From: Paraspadella gotoi
Taxonomy: Eukaryota > Animalia > Chaetognatha
Direction of reading: 5' to 3'
DNA length: 64,000 nucleotides
Assembly: GCA_051294375.1 (NCBI GenBank)
Contig: CM119267.1
Span: 16,158,543 to 16,222,542, forward strand
Under the pieces are notes generated by a model. It was not told where the DNA came from, made no database searches, and worked only from the letters and a program-made list of their open reading frames with translations. Below, piece by piece: positions 52,447-64,000 of the stretch. The first letter of the stretch is position 1. Each line of letters opens with the position of its first letter. A program made the position numbers and the translations under genes.

Positions 52447-52662
52447 AGAAATGGATGCTTCTCATAATTTTTTTTGTGCTCTTTTTCATTACATTGTTGT
52501 AGCCAAAGGAGGAAAACAAACCGTAAATAAAGGGAGATATAATGTTAAATTGGTTTTAATATTTTAATGTTCATTACAACAATGTAATGAAAAAGCGCGC
52601 CAAAAAAAAAAAAAAAAAAAACAAAAACAAAAAAACAGATATGAGAAGCATTCAGAATTTCT
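52447..52662. repeat. Fold-back (inverted repeat) with perfect 21-bp and 12-bp paired blocks
   Basis: CTTTTTCATTACATTGTTGTA (52481-52501) pairs with TACAACAATGTAATGAAAAAG (52575-52595); ATGCTTCTCATA pairs with TATGAGAAGCAT further out. Confidence 0.85.
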
Positions 52663-53036
52663 GTATTAGATTTTATAAAACAAAAGTTTTGTATTAGCCT
52701 TCACAATCAATTAGCTAGCTCCTGAAATCCGAACTTCGACACGAGTTATACCTGAACTCTTCTTCCGCGATATATATTACTGGGCCCTCGAAAAGTTTAA
52801 TCACTTTTATATTAATATTAATAATTTGCTCAATAAAGGAAAACCTTTTTTCTTGAGACGTTTTCGCCTGGAGTGAAGCATCAAAATATGAAAACAGAAG
52901 TTAATGAAAAACATAAAATAACAACAACAAAAAAAAAAGAAAAGAAAGGATAAGGAAGTGAAAGAAAGAAAAAAATTGAGGAAGAAAACGAAATGAATGG
53001 GAGCAAAAGGGAGAGTCGGAATAAAAGCCAGTGTGT

Positions 53037-53068
<32 letters not shown>

Positions 53069-54744
53069 NNNNNNNNNNNNNNNNNNNNNNNNNNNNNNNN
53101 NNNNNNNNNNNNNNNNNNNNNNNNNNNNNNNNNNNNNNNNNNNNNNNNNNNNNNNNNNNNNNNNNNNNNNNNNNNNNNNNNNNNNNNNNNNNNNNNNNNN
53201 NNNNNNNNNNNNNNNNNNNNNNNNNNNNNNNNNNNNNNNNNNNNNNNNNNNNNNNNNNNNNNNNNNNNNNNNNNNNNNNNNNNNNNNNNNNNNNNNNNNN
53301 NGACCACTTTTCGGTGAACCATTTCAGTTTCTTAATTTCCAAGCAACAAGCGGCATTCCCCCAATCTCCCCTTTTCTTTTTCCACCGTTAACATATAAAC
53401 TTCCCTCGTCTGTGTAAAACACACTCTGTCTCTCATAAAATTGCATGTCGCCCGTAAAGCCGTTAGAGCCGCCGTCAACCCGACTTCCCACTCCTTCTCC
53501 ACATCCACAACCACCACCACACCCATATTCAAAACTACAACCACAGCCACATCCTCCTCTACAACCACAGCCCCATCATCCTCTGCCCTCAAAGGCCTCA
53601 CGACGGCTCCTTTGATCTCTCGACGCTCCTAAAACTGTCTTTGCCACAGGCCGAGCCGCCTCGTTTCCTTTCGACCCAGGATGACCCAGCGGTGCTCCCT
53701 GCTCAGTCAGACTCAGCCAGACCCTTCCTTAACCCAGCCAGACTAGTTCTACGCAAGCCTCCCCCATCAAGTATTCACCCAGCCCCAACGAATATCTCGT
53801 AACTGGTCTGTATGATTTTTTGGCTCTCCATCCAAGACGCTTTCCACCGCCCCCACCGTGTAAACCGTTATCTTCTTTTCTCACACCTCCACTTTTCTCT
53901 CCTTTTCTTTTCTTTACTTTGCTTTTTTCTCCTTTCCTTCCTCTCTTCCCTTTCCTTTCCTTCCCTTCCTACTCTCTCCTCCCTTCTCTTCTCTTTCTCC
54001 TCTTTTCTCTATCCCTCTCATGTCTTTCCTCTCCGATTCCACTCCCTCTTCTCCCCCCCCCTTTTCCTTCCTCTTCTCTCTTCCCCTCTCATTGTCTTTT
54101 CCTCCCGATCCCTCCCTCTTCTCCTCCCCCCTTTTCCTCCCTCTCTCTCTCCCCTCTCATTTCTTTCCCTCTCCGATCCCCTCCCTCGTCCCTCGCCCCC
54201 TTTCTACTTCCCTTCTCGGCCCCCTCGTTCCCCGCCTCGGCTAGATAGAGAGGAACAACGGAAATATATGCCTAATTTACGTCTCGGCGTTCTTTTTCTA
54301 TTTCTTTTTATTTTTTTTTACGGGGGGGCGTTTCCTTTCCCGTCCGTTCCCCGCCACGCCTCCTCTCCACCCAAAGGATCCCTCCTTTCCCTTTCTCCTC
54401 CGCCACCATAGATCCTGTTCTCACCGTTTCGCTCCGTCCTGGTTATAAAGCCGCCGCCGCCGCGCTGTAATCGCGCCGTTTATTTAATAAGGCTGCAACC
54501 GTTTTCGGGGCGCCGGGGGGGGGGGTAGCGGCATCGACGAATGTAGATGCGGTGAAAGTGTGGAAAGGCGTTTATGTCTTTCCATTTTTATTCAAACCCG
54601 TTTTTGAAGGATGTACAATGAAGTTGCTAGCGGAACCACTGAGTCATCATCAGATGTTATTGTTTTGAGTTCTAATAAATGAATAAATTCTTCCTCTAAT
54701 CCATTAAGTTATGGAGTATTATCTCTTTTCTCTGTGTGTGTGTG

Positions 54745-54784
<40 letters not shown>

Positions 54785-56203
54785 CAAACCGTGAAAGAGA
54801 AGCGCGAAAAGTCAGAGACAGATTGAGATGAGTGGATTTTATGTTTATGCAACCATGAGAGCGCGAACTGAGGAACTTTGGTTCCGCGCCGGAGGAACTG
54901 GAGATGGTGGCGGTGATGGCGGGGGAGGGGAGAGTGGAGGTGGGGTGTTGGGGGTGGAGATGTAGAGGGAGGACCGGGAGATGTGCGACCAAAATGGTCT
55001 AACAACAGGTGAGCCTTCATGAGCTCGGGAATTCGTATGCTTATCAAGTTGGTACAATCAATAAATACTTATCATTTAATAAATAAGCTATCTTTCCTCC
55101 TGATCTTGTACAGGTTTTGGTGGGTTTTAAAACTTCTATCCCTCCTACAAGAACGCAAGATACTAACTTAACAGTCAACTAGACCCTGCAATCTTTCAAT
55201 CAAGACTCAAACAGTCTGGTCCATTAACACTCAAAGTATGTACTCGGCTCCCCTATTAAGTACAATGGTATGATTTTTAAAAGGACCACTCTAATATTGA
55301 ACGGTTATTTAGTTAATTTAATTGTTTACATATTTCAAGCTCATTTTAAAGTCCTATTTCTTTGAATCTCCATTTAATAAATTAGCTTTTTTTCCCTAAA
55401 ACTAATTTATAAAATATTTATGAAATACGTAGTATTACTTACCCAAAAAAAGTAGGTTTCGCATCCAGATTTTAGTTCGAAAAAATATAAAGAGGTGAGC
55501 GAGTGATTGAGAGAGAGAAGGCGAATCAAGGTTTAACCAATGCGCGCGCGGGGTCGAAGGGAGGGTGGGGGGTGGGGGGGTAGAGGAGGAGGTGAAACCG
55601 AGGCGATGATGAACGAGGAAGGCGATGGAACGAGATGGAATGAGATGGAACTTGATGAATGATAATTTGGGAGGCGAATTTCCAAAGTAGAGAGAGCACT
55701 GATTGTTCCTTTGGTGGTGAAACCAACGGGTGCGCGGGATGGGAAAGGGGAGTGAGAGAGGAGGAAGATAGAGCTGAGAGAGAGAGATGATGAGAGAGTG
55801 AGGATGAGAGATGAGAGAGAGAGAGAGAGAGAGAGTGATTTAGTAGAGAGACGGAGGGGTCGTTGGAATCCGAGTTGTGCTTTGCTGAAGAGTTTAGTGG
55901 ATTAATGGATGGGATTGAGAACTTTATTTGGTTCATTATCGCGTGAGACGAGAACCGAATCTTCGTACGCGTAGTTTGTTGGATGGATGGATTGATAGAA
56001 ACGACGATTGGATATAATCTACGTATGCATTGGTTCCAATGTAGTCGTGAGAACGGAAGAATTTCTTTCGCTTCCTGACGGAATATCACTGGGTGGGCAC
56101 CTCTCAGACGGTGCTCCGTCTGTAACGGCGCGGCGCCGGCTTTTTCTCCGCTCTCGAGCGTCGGCGTTCAGGCGGCGCTCCCCGCGGCGTTCCGCGCCGC
56201 CGA

Positions 56204-56256
56204 TCACGTGACTGACGTCAAGATTTCACGTTTGATCCACCGACGGAAAGATGGCG
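56204..56256 (+). promoter_or_regulatory. Housekeeping-type promoter cluster: E-box TCACGTGA, CRE TGACGTCA and YY1-like AAGATGGCG
   Basis: Motifs at 56204-56211, 56213-56220 and 56248-56256, at the end of a GC/CpG-rich patch (56100-56200) and just before AT-rich intron-like DNA. Confidence 0.5.
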
Positions 56257-56802
56257 CCGAGGAGAAGGATTACGCTCTCTCGAGCGGAAACAAGAGAACA
56301 ACATTATCATGATTATATGGCGTTTTTATGGTGTAAAATGAAAGAAATGACAAATTATGCAAACGTATTTCGGAATAAGCGTTTGATCTTGGATCTATAA
56401 GTCCTACGACTGAGCGTTTCTACCAGACTGTTCGTATCCTACAAATTAAATAAATTTAACTAAATTTTATTATATGTAACGGCGATATCTTTCAAAAAAT
56501 TGTGAAATCTTTAATTCAAATTTTAATCGCTGCGAAAAATTATTGAAAAAAAGTGTGATATTGAACACGTACGATTTACAGACGATCGAAATCAGGGAGC
56601 GTGATCATATGAACTATATAATATAAAAAAAATCAATGAAAAACGTTTATTAAAAGCAATCAACGCATAAAACGGGGTAAAACCCGAAAAAAGGAATATG
56701 TTTAACGTTTAACCGGCGGCATTGGAATTCGCGATTTTATTGGATCTTTTCTCTTCTTTCGTTTTATTTAATTTTCCACTGAAACTTTTTTTGTTCGCAT
56801 AG

Positions 56803-56930
56803 GATCGGCCGAATTCAAGAGGGATAGAAAAGACCGCTTTCAACTGGTACCTGAATTCATGGATACTGTCTCAGCACGGTATGGCCCCGCACGAATGAGA
56901 ACAGTCCTTTTTGAAAATCCCTTGACAACG
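56803..56930 (+). CDS. Candidate internal coding exon of an unidentified gene
   Basis: Acceptor tttttttgttcgcatAG, donor acgGTAATT, open frame SAEFKRDRKDRFQLVPEFMDTVSARYGPARMRTVLFENPLTT, and higher GC than the flanks. No homology recognised. Confidence 0.35.
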
Positions 56931-57879
56931 GTAATTTAGGTTGTTTTTTACTTTTGCTTTTCGATAAAATCTGTTCTTTTTATAAATCATAAATTTTTAG
57001 ATTCCTATTAGATATGGACTTTTCAATATTCTGTTGCTGAATGGTTTTACAGCGGCAACTATACCTTATCATAGACGTTTGCTTTAAAAGTTTTTAAGTC
57101 TCTCTCTCTCTCTCTCTGTCTCACTGTCTCTCTCTGTCGTGATTTTCAACACTAGGTCATCTGGCTTCATCCCTCCTTATTCTTACTAACTCTTTTTACC
57201 ATAGAAAATGATTTGAATTTTGATGCAATGTTTTATATAAAATAAACCATCTCGATATTTTGTATAAATTATTTTAATAAAATACTTTTTATGAATAGTA
57301 ATTAGTATTAATTTAGAACCAAATTCCGAAACTCGATCCGCAAACCTTTTTCCATAATATTTTTTATATTTTTGGATAGAAGGAATGACTGGAAATAATG
57401 TAAACTTAAAGTTACGTCTAAATTGACCCATGGGTTCAGAAGACAATCGACCAAAAACAACCAAATTGCCTCTCCCTTTTTCAACATTCTCGCCTTTTAA
57501 AAGATTTTCGCCGATTCTGACTTCCTCTGACAAACTTATAATTCCGCTAGTTATTTTTTTTCCTTTAACTGAGCGAAAAAGGAATCCACATAAAAAAAAA
57601 TAAAAAATAGTAATAATGATAAATAATAATAGTATCATTATATGATCAGGAACATATAATAAATTAGGGAATGAGGGTAATTTCCAATAATAGTAATGTC
57701 CAATCATAGTAATAATAATAATAATAATAAAGTAAAAATAATTAATAGTAATATGATAAAATAATATTAGTATCATTAAGATAAGAATATAATAATTAGG
57801 AATAAGGGTAATTTCCAATAATTTTAATCTGGTACTTATGCCTTTCTTGTTTATGATCTTTTAAAAAAAAAAAAAAAAT

Positions 57880-58062
57880 TGACAAGTTTCTGTCTATGAC
57901 TGTAAAAAAAAAAGGCAATGGCCTAGTATAAATGTTAGGTACCATAATGATATATTTACCTTGTGTTTTCATTTGCCAAGTTTCTGTCTATGACTAAAAA
58001 AAAAAAAAAAAAATGGCAAATGGCCTAGTGTAAAAGGTTAGGTAACCATAAATGATAATATC
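57880..58062 (+). repeat. Tandem duplication of a ~90-bp unit
   Basis: caagtttctgtctatgact(A)n ggcaa.tggcctagt.taaa.gttaggta.ccataa.tgata occurs twice. Confidence 0.85.
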
Positions 58063-59840
58063 ACTGCATGATTTCAAATGTCCGCAATGATCCTTATTGT
58101 TTTGAATTTTATTTTTAGTGCCATTAGGTGGCAATTAGTCTTGCTCAATACTCATTTATTGTTTAAATGTCATATTGTTCAAAATCTTTTAATCTTCTTA
58201 ATTGTCTTAAACTGTCAAATTGTTCTCATTTTATTTGCAGAAAAACAAAAAAAAAAATTCTAATCTTTTATAATTCTAGGTAAAAAATATAAATACTATT
58301 AACATTGGGATATTGGTGAAAAGTGTAATGATCTTGTGAAGCCTGTGGAACGTTGAGTAATTAAAAAATTGCCTATTTTATTATTAAAAACTGAACATTA
58401 AAATGAGAAGTTGACATCTTCTGGCTCATTTCAGTAAACGTCCCTGGTTCTTTTAAAATAGATAATGTTTACTTTTTGCTGGTGAAAAAGAAAGATAAAA
58501 TACTTTAGGACTGTGATGGGGTGAATATATTTGTAGAATTTTTGTAAGCAATGCTTGTAAAATCAGACAAGCATTATTTATGTGACAAACAATTTACATT
58601 TTCCTTTATGCCAAAAAACTTTTAGTTTTTACTAGAGTACAATTTAAGCCTTTTTTCTTTCTGGAAATCATTAAAGAATTTAATTTTTATTAATTCTTAT
58701 GGGTGTCATATAGTTTAAAATTAATTATATTATTGACATTAGTTTGAGAGCACTCACCCTGTAAAGAGTATTTAGCAAAAAATAATTCTAAAATTGTTAT
58801 CTTATATGTGCCCTAAGATTAATGGCTTCATTTGGGTACTATTGCCACCATTTATCTTTGTTCTTCAAGATATTAGGAAAAATAAGTTTTTCTCTAACCT
58901 TTCCTTTAATTTCTGTTTAATAAAAATTTCGTGATGAAAACTGGACCAATTTCACGTTTACCATGTTGGTTTAATATGAAAAAATTGGTCAATAATAAAA
59001 AGAAAATAGAACGAGCCTCTCGGACATAAGGCTTTTGGAATCTCATAATTCGAAGTCCACTTATAATGAACATACCCAATTACCGTTTGTAATTTTAAAA
59101 AAGTGAAATTTCTCTTTCATTTCTATAGTAAAAATAAGGAATGGAAATCCTCCGGAGATGAGTAGTCTATATTCCGCCTAGCTTGTTGATAGTAAATCTT
59201 TATCAAATCCACAAGAAAGAAAGGAACGAGCTCTTGAGATGCAAAGCTGTCGGAATCCGGTGTTTTATTACAACTGTTTTCTAACGCGGAATTTCTTGCA
59301 GGCTCGTTTGTAAAGTTGGGGCAGTCAGGATTCGAACGGAAATCCTATTAGAAAAATGTTGAATTTTTTTTTAAGCAAAATTGGGTTTCGCTATTTAATT
59401 GTTTGAAAAAAAAATTGAGAAAAATGTTAGAAAAAAAATTAAGGAAAAAGAAATTTAAAAAAACGGTAAAGAAGATTACGAAATCTTTTTGTTTAATCGA
59501 TTGCGAAAAAATATACCCGTTTTATGCGTGATGCAATTATCTGCCTCAAATTGTTTTAGCGTTTTTCGCGAAAAACAATGTGAAAGATGGAAAAAAGGGA
59601 AATGAGGCGCAAGAAAAAATAAAATAAGGTAATAAGGCAGAGAATAAAAAAAAGGTAAACGTTAGATATTGGATAATTACATTATAAGATAAGAAGAAAA
59701 AGGAGGCGAGTTGGAAAATAATCAGCGAATTTGGAAGCCGAATTTTGTGTCGCAAGGCCAATATTTCGACTCGGGGATAATTGCGGTGATGTATAATGGA
59801 GAACCTCTTTTCTTTAAATTGTTGGCGAAGAACCGAAATA

Positions 59841-59871
<31 letters not shown>

Positions 59872-60111
59872 TCCGCCGAGAATGGCGACGCTTTACGGCG
59901 ACGACGACCACGATCGAGACGGTGTCTGCTCCACCACCAAAAAACCATGAAAATTCACGTAAGGCTCACACGTTCTTTATGATGCCACCAGAATTCATCA
60001 TGGAAGGCAGGAGCTTCCGTATAAAAAAAAAAATTGGGAGGGGTTAATTACAAGGGTGGTTTATTAAAGGCGGTTCATTTAAAATGGGTGGGTTAGGCGG
60101 GTTGAAAACTC

Positions 60112-60156
<45 letters not shown>

Positions 60157-60162
60157 GAGAGA

Positions 60163-60200
<38 letters not shown>

Positions 60201-60834
60201 AGAGCTCGTCAAACTCTGCTCCGGTCCAAGACGAAGGTGGCTGAAGGTTCATGCATTTTTGAATAACCCGGACTTTTGGCGATTCTCAGTCGGAGGAAGA
60301 AAAACGGCATAATGGAAATGGGCAAATTGGATGGCGTTTTGACATCACCATTTCGTTGGAAAATGTGCAAAAAAGAACCGAACTGGTAACTTCCTTGTAT
60401 ATGAGGATATATTCTCCCCTAAAGATAAGATAAGCACATTCCGTTACACATTCCATTCACATTCATTACACTTGAAGATTAGTAATAATGGTATTATAAT
60501 TTTATAATGAAACATGATAATGTCGTTCCAGATAATGACGGTGAATATTGCTCATTAGTTTGCAGTGACAGATTTGCAAATTGCAATTTGATTTAAAAAA
60601 ACATCCATTTAACCGTCTTTTTTCCGCAGAAATCTTCCGCGCAAAAAATTTCCTCTTTTTTTCTTTCGGTTCGCATCAGATTTCCGGGTTTTTTTTTAGT
60701 TGCCTTCCCAAAAAATTCTCGGACGCGATTTTTTTTTTTCCTTTTTGGATGCCGCGAAGGATTTTTGGTTCATTCCAGAGATTGCTCCCTTATCTTCGCC
60801 TTTTCCCCTATGGACGGGCGCTTGAGGAAAGGGC

Positions 60835-60880
<46 letters not shown>

Positions 60881-62058
60881 GAGAGAGAGAGAGGAGAGAG
60901 GAGAGAGAGAGAGAGAGAGGATGATCGGGATGAGGATTATGGCTCCGAGTTGTGAAGACGGAAATAACGGCGGCAGAAGAGCGACCCGGGCAGGGCCCTT
61001 GCAGGGTGTCTTCATTGTCGTCGTTGTTTCCTGCCGATAGGGGGAATTCTGAAGAAAGAAACCGGACAAAAGAAAATAATAGATACGAAGTTGTAGAATT
61101 ACTCGATTAAGAGAGATTTCGCTTATTCCAATAAGCAGGACTGATTTATCCTGATGTGCGGTGAAATGGCATACATATTCAGAGTGACCGAGTCGTGCAA
61201 CATATTCTTTGGCTTCCACCAACTCTTTCTTTAACTATTTTTTCTTTAATCATATTATTTGGGGGGCAACTCTGAATGCTCCTCCGCCCGGTTCCATTTT
61301 TTTTTAAGCCTTACTATTCAGGCGTGCCCCGATCGCCCTTCTCGCGGTCAAAATGACAATAAAGGCGGAAACCACGGTCTGCCCCCCTTTTCGGGGCAAT
61401 TCTTTCGTCGCCCCCCGCGCCGAATGAAGCGTTGTTTCGCCGCCGACGCTGCCCTCTGAGGTCATTTCTGCGCGTAATTTTGTTCCTCCTTTCGCTTGAA
61501 TTAGTTTTTTTTTTGCGTTCGTGCGTTTACAAATTCATCGTGACCGTTCGCCATTCTCGTTCTTTTTTTCCTAGACTTGCCTTCACGTGTATTATATTAT
61601 TTTTTCAACTTCGTTATCCTTCCTTTAAGAATGAAATTCCTAAGTTGATTTCGCGAATTTTTTTTTTCGCGGACCAGCGTGAAAATAGGCAAATATTCAT
61701 CACTGTTTCACCATCGACCCAAAGCTCAACGCAGATCAGACTCGGCCCAACTGAAAATAAAATTAAATCAAATGCAGATTATGGTAAGTACAATAAAGTT
61801 AAAACAAACGCCGCCCCCCAAAAAAAAAACAAGATCCAGAACTTTGGTGAAGCGTGCCGTAGTCACGGCGTGATATATTTCCTTCCACCACAAAACGTTT
61901 TCTTGTTTACTTTTTTATTTGTTTATGTTTTAATTTTTTTCTTTTAAACTTTAGTTTATGCTTTCAAAAATTAAAAACAAGAATACGGCCCAGTGCAATG
62001 TGTTGCGGCCGCAGTTAGCTTTTTTTCAGCGTTTTTTTCCCTGTTTGATCAGATTGAA

Positions 62059-62093
62059 TAATTGACTTAATTGACTAATTGACTAATTGACTA
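62059..62093. repeat. (AATTGACT)n short tandem repeat, 4 copies
   Basis: Direct reading. Confidence 0.85.
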
Positions 62094-63340
62094 TGGAACA
62101 TTTCTAAGGCGTAGTGAAAGCTACTATACGAAAATTCTAAGAAGTCAATTCATGAACAACAATAATCAGTGAAGACATTAATTTGGTAAAAAAAAAATTA
62201 ATTTTATGTTTTTTAATTTTCGCAAGTAGGTGTACTTTATATGAAAATTTGCAAAATTACTTGGTTTCACACTATTTTTTATTTTTCTATTTTTAATATT
62301 TTTAATATTTGTGAAGGATTTAGTATTTAATTTATATTAATATATTATATTATATAGTACTATTCTATAAATCCTAGAAATTTCTAAAATAAGCTTTTTT
62401 TAAAATTTTGATATGAAGATTTGAATTTCTCGTCAAAAGTTGATAAAAGAAAATATAAAATCATTTTTAAAAATTCTTTCATTAAGTAGGTTATAAAATT
62501 AAAAAACTATATTTATATATATAAAAAGTTAATTTTCAGCTTCAAATATAGCTTATTCTAATTTTTGATGCGGCACTTAATGAGGACTTTTATTTTTTTC
62601 AAAAAAAGATATTTCTTTTTCAACTTTTTATGACGATTCAAATATGCAAAAAATCAAATAGAAAAAAACACTGTTTTGACATTTATTGATTTAGTACTAG
62701 TATAAATATAGCGCCTAACTGCGTAAATTGTAAAAATTTATTATAAAATTTTTTTATTACATAATGTCATTAGTATAATGTTGTTCGTTCCTGACACTTT
62801 TAGAATTTTAATTACATGTTAAATTTAAAAATTTTACTACGGCTTAATGAACTACGCACTGCAATCGGAATTCCCGTCCTCAAATTCTTATAGTTTTAGA
62901 TTTTCTGAGGCGGCCACGAGCATCACGTTTAAGTTCGAGGACGCACACTAGCCGACCTACCGATCGACAGACCGACCGAAAAGTGACTTAATAGAAAAGG
63001 ATAAAAAAGGATAAAAAAAGGATAACGCAATGTGGTAAGGGAGAAAAAAGGGTGAGTGGCGCGATATTTCTAAAAATACGAGTTTAGTTTGACCTCATCT
63101 TTCTTATTCATTCCCTCGAATTCATTTCCAATAACCGGACGCTGAGGTTTGAGGGTGAATAGGGGAGTCAGTGCGGAATAGTCCAAGGGGAAAAGGGCTG
63201 GGTGTGGGGGTGACGAGGAGGAGTGGTGACTTCGTGGAGCTAATAGGGTTGGCATCGTTTTCTTTTGGGTGTGATTTAACTCGACGCCGGGAGAGAGAAA
63301 AAGAGAGAGAGAGAGAGGGAAAGTGAGGCGAAAAGAGAGA

Positions 63341-63390
<50 letters not shown>

Positions 63391-63709
63391 GAGAGAGAGA
63401 GAGAGAGAGAGAGAGTGAGGATGTTTATTAGCAGGGAAATTTTGGAAACTGGAAAGGGTGAAACGGTTCGAAAAGAAAAGGAAAAAAAAGGGGGGGGGGG
63501 GGGAAGAAAGAAAAAGGAAAAAAAATGACCGAAGAAAAGAAAAAATGGAGAAAGAAAGGAAAAGAGGGTGAGAACGGTCTGTCTCTTCCGGTCTCCTCTT
63601 TGTGCTTCTATCTCCATATCTGAAACGAGTAAAACGACAGAATTTGGAGAGATAAAGAAAAAGAAAAAGAAAATTTACTCGCGGATTTTCTGCCATTTAT
63701 TTTTCTTAC

Positions 63710-64000
63710 TTTTCCTTCTGCTCCCTTTTCTCTCTTGCTCCACCTTTTGTGCTATCTGTTCCTTTCCTTTTTCTCTCTCCTCCACCTTCTGTGCAACTGT
63801 TGCACTTTCCTTTTTCTCTGCTCTTCCACGCTCTTTTGCATCCTGTCTTTACTTTTCTATATCCTCTTACCATCTTCGCATCTGTTCCTTTCTTTTCTCT
63901 CTCCTGCACCACCTTTTTTGGCATCTGTTTCTTTCCTTTTTTTCTGCTCTCCTCCACTTCTTTTCATCTTCTCCCTTTCTTTTCTCTCTCTTAACCTCCT
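63710..64000 (-). CDS. Candidate exon with a ~42-nt tandem repeat encoding a charged coiled-coil (KVEE..K.KEQ.AQ-like units); runs off the window
   Basis: On -: repeated aaggtggaggagagagaaaaaggaaaggaacagatgc-like units; the cleanest reads KVEEREKGKEQIAQKVEQERK; the array ends at an AA|GTAAG donor (63709). The frame is broken by indels. Confidence 0.4.

Noticed and set aside
57186-57818. 210-aa minus-strand ORF rich in I/Y/F
   Set aside because: Mostly (AAT)n-like low-complexity sequence with a duplicated ttaggaat.agggtaatttccaataa block; no recognisable domain.
59318-59340. Minus-strand GTTCGAATCCTG resembling a tRNA T-loop/B-box
   Set aside because: There is no A-box, D-arm, anticodon arm or acceptor stem upstream; the context is AT-rich.

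Overview
Eukaryotic, invertebrate-like genomic DNA: AT-rich, rich in CG dinucleotides, and dense in (GA)n, (GAC)n and (CCGA)n microsatellites. The assembly is a low-accuracy draft with many N gaps, frequent indel errors and redundant segments. Almost all ORFs in the supplied track are microsatellite or gap artefacts. The best-supported content is two LTR retrotransposons. (1) A structurally complete BEL/Pao element on + (~14873-22921) with ~450-bp LTRs, a GATGG target duplication and frameshifted gag-PR-RT-RNaseH-IN. (2) A Ty3/gypsy element on - (~27056-34638) with 1.1-1.3 kb LTRs, a tRNA-Lys PBS, a PPT and a TATAT target duplication. Its RT breaks off before YxDD, a copy of the element's own flank sits where RH/IN should be, and an unassigned protein-like frame lies next to the PPT. 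The window also holds two TA-flanked Tc1/mariner-type MITEs (1000-1138, 48132-48567), a 22-bp minisatellite, two fold-back structures, phased CRE/ETS and E-box/CRE/YY1 promoter-like clusters, and a few weak exon candidates near 56-64 kb. I could not name any host gene. I found no convincing novel system; the most interesting lead is the accessory frame in the gypsy element.
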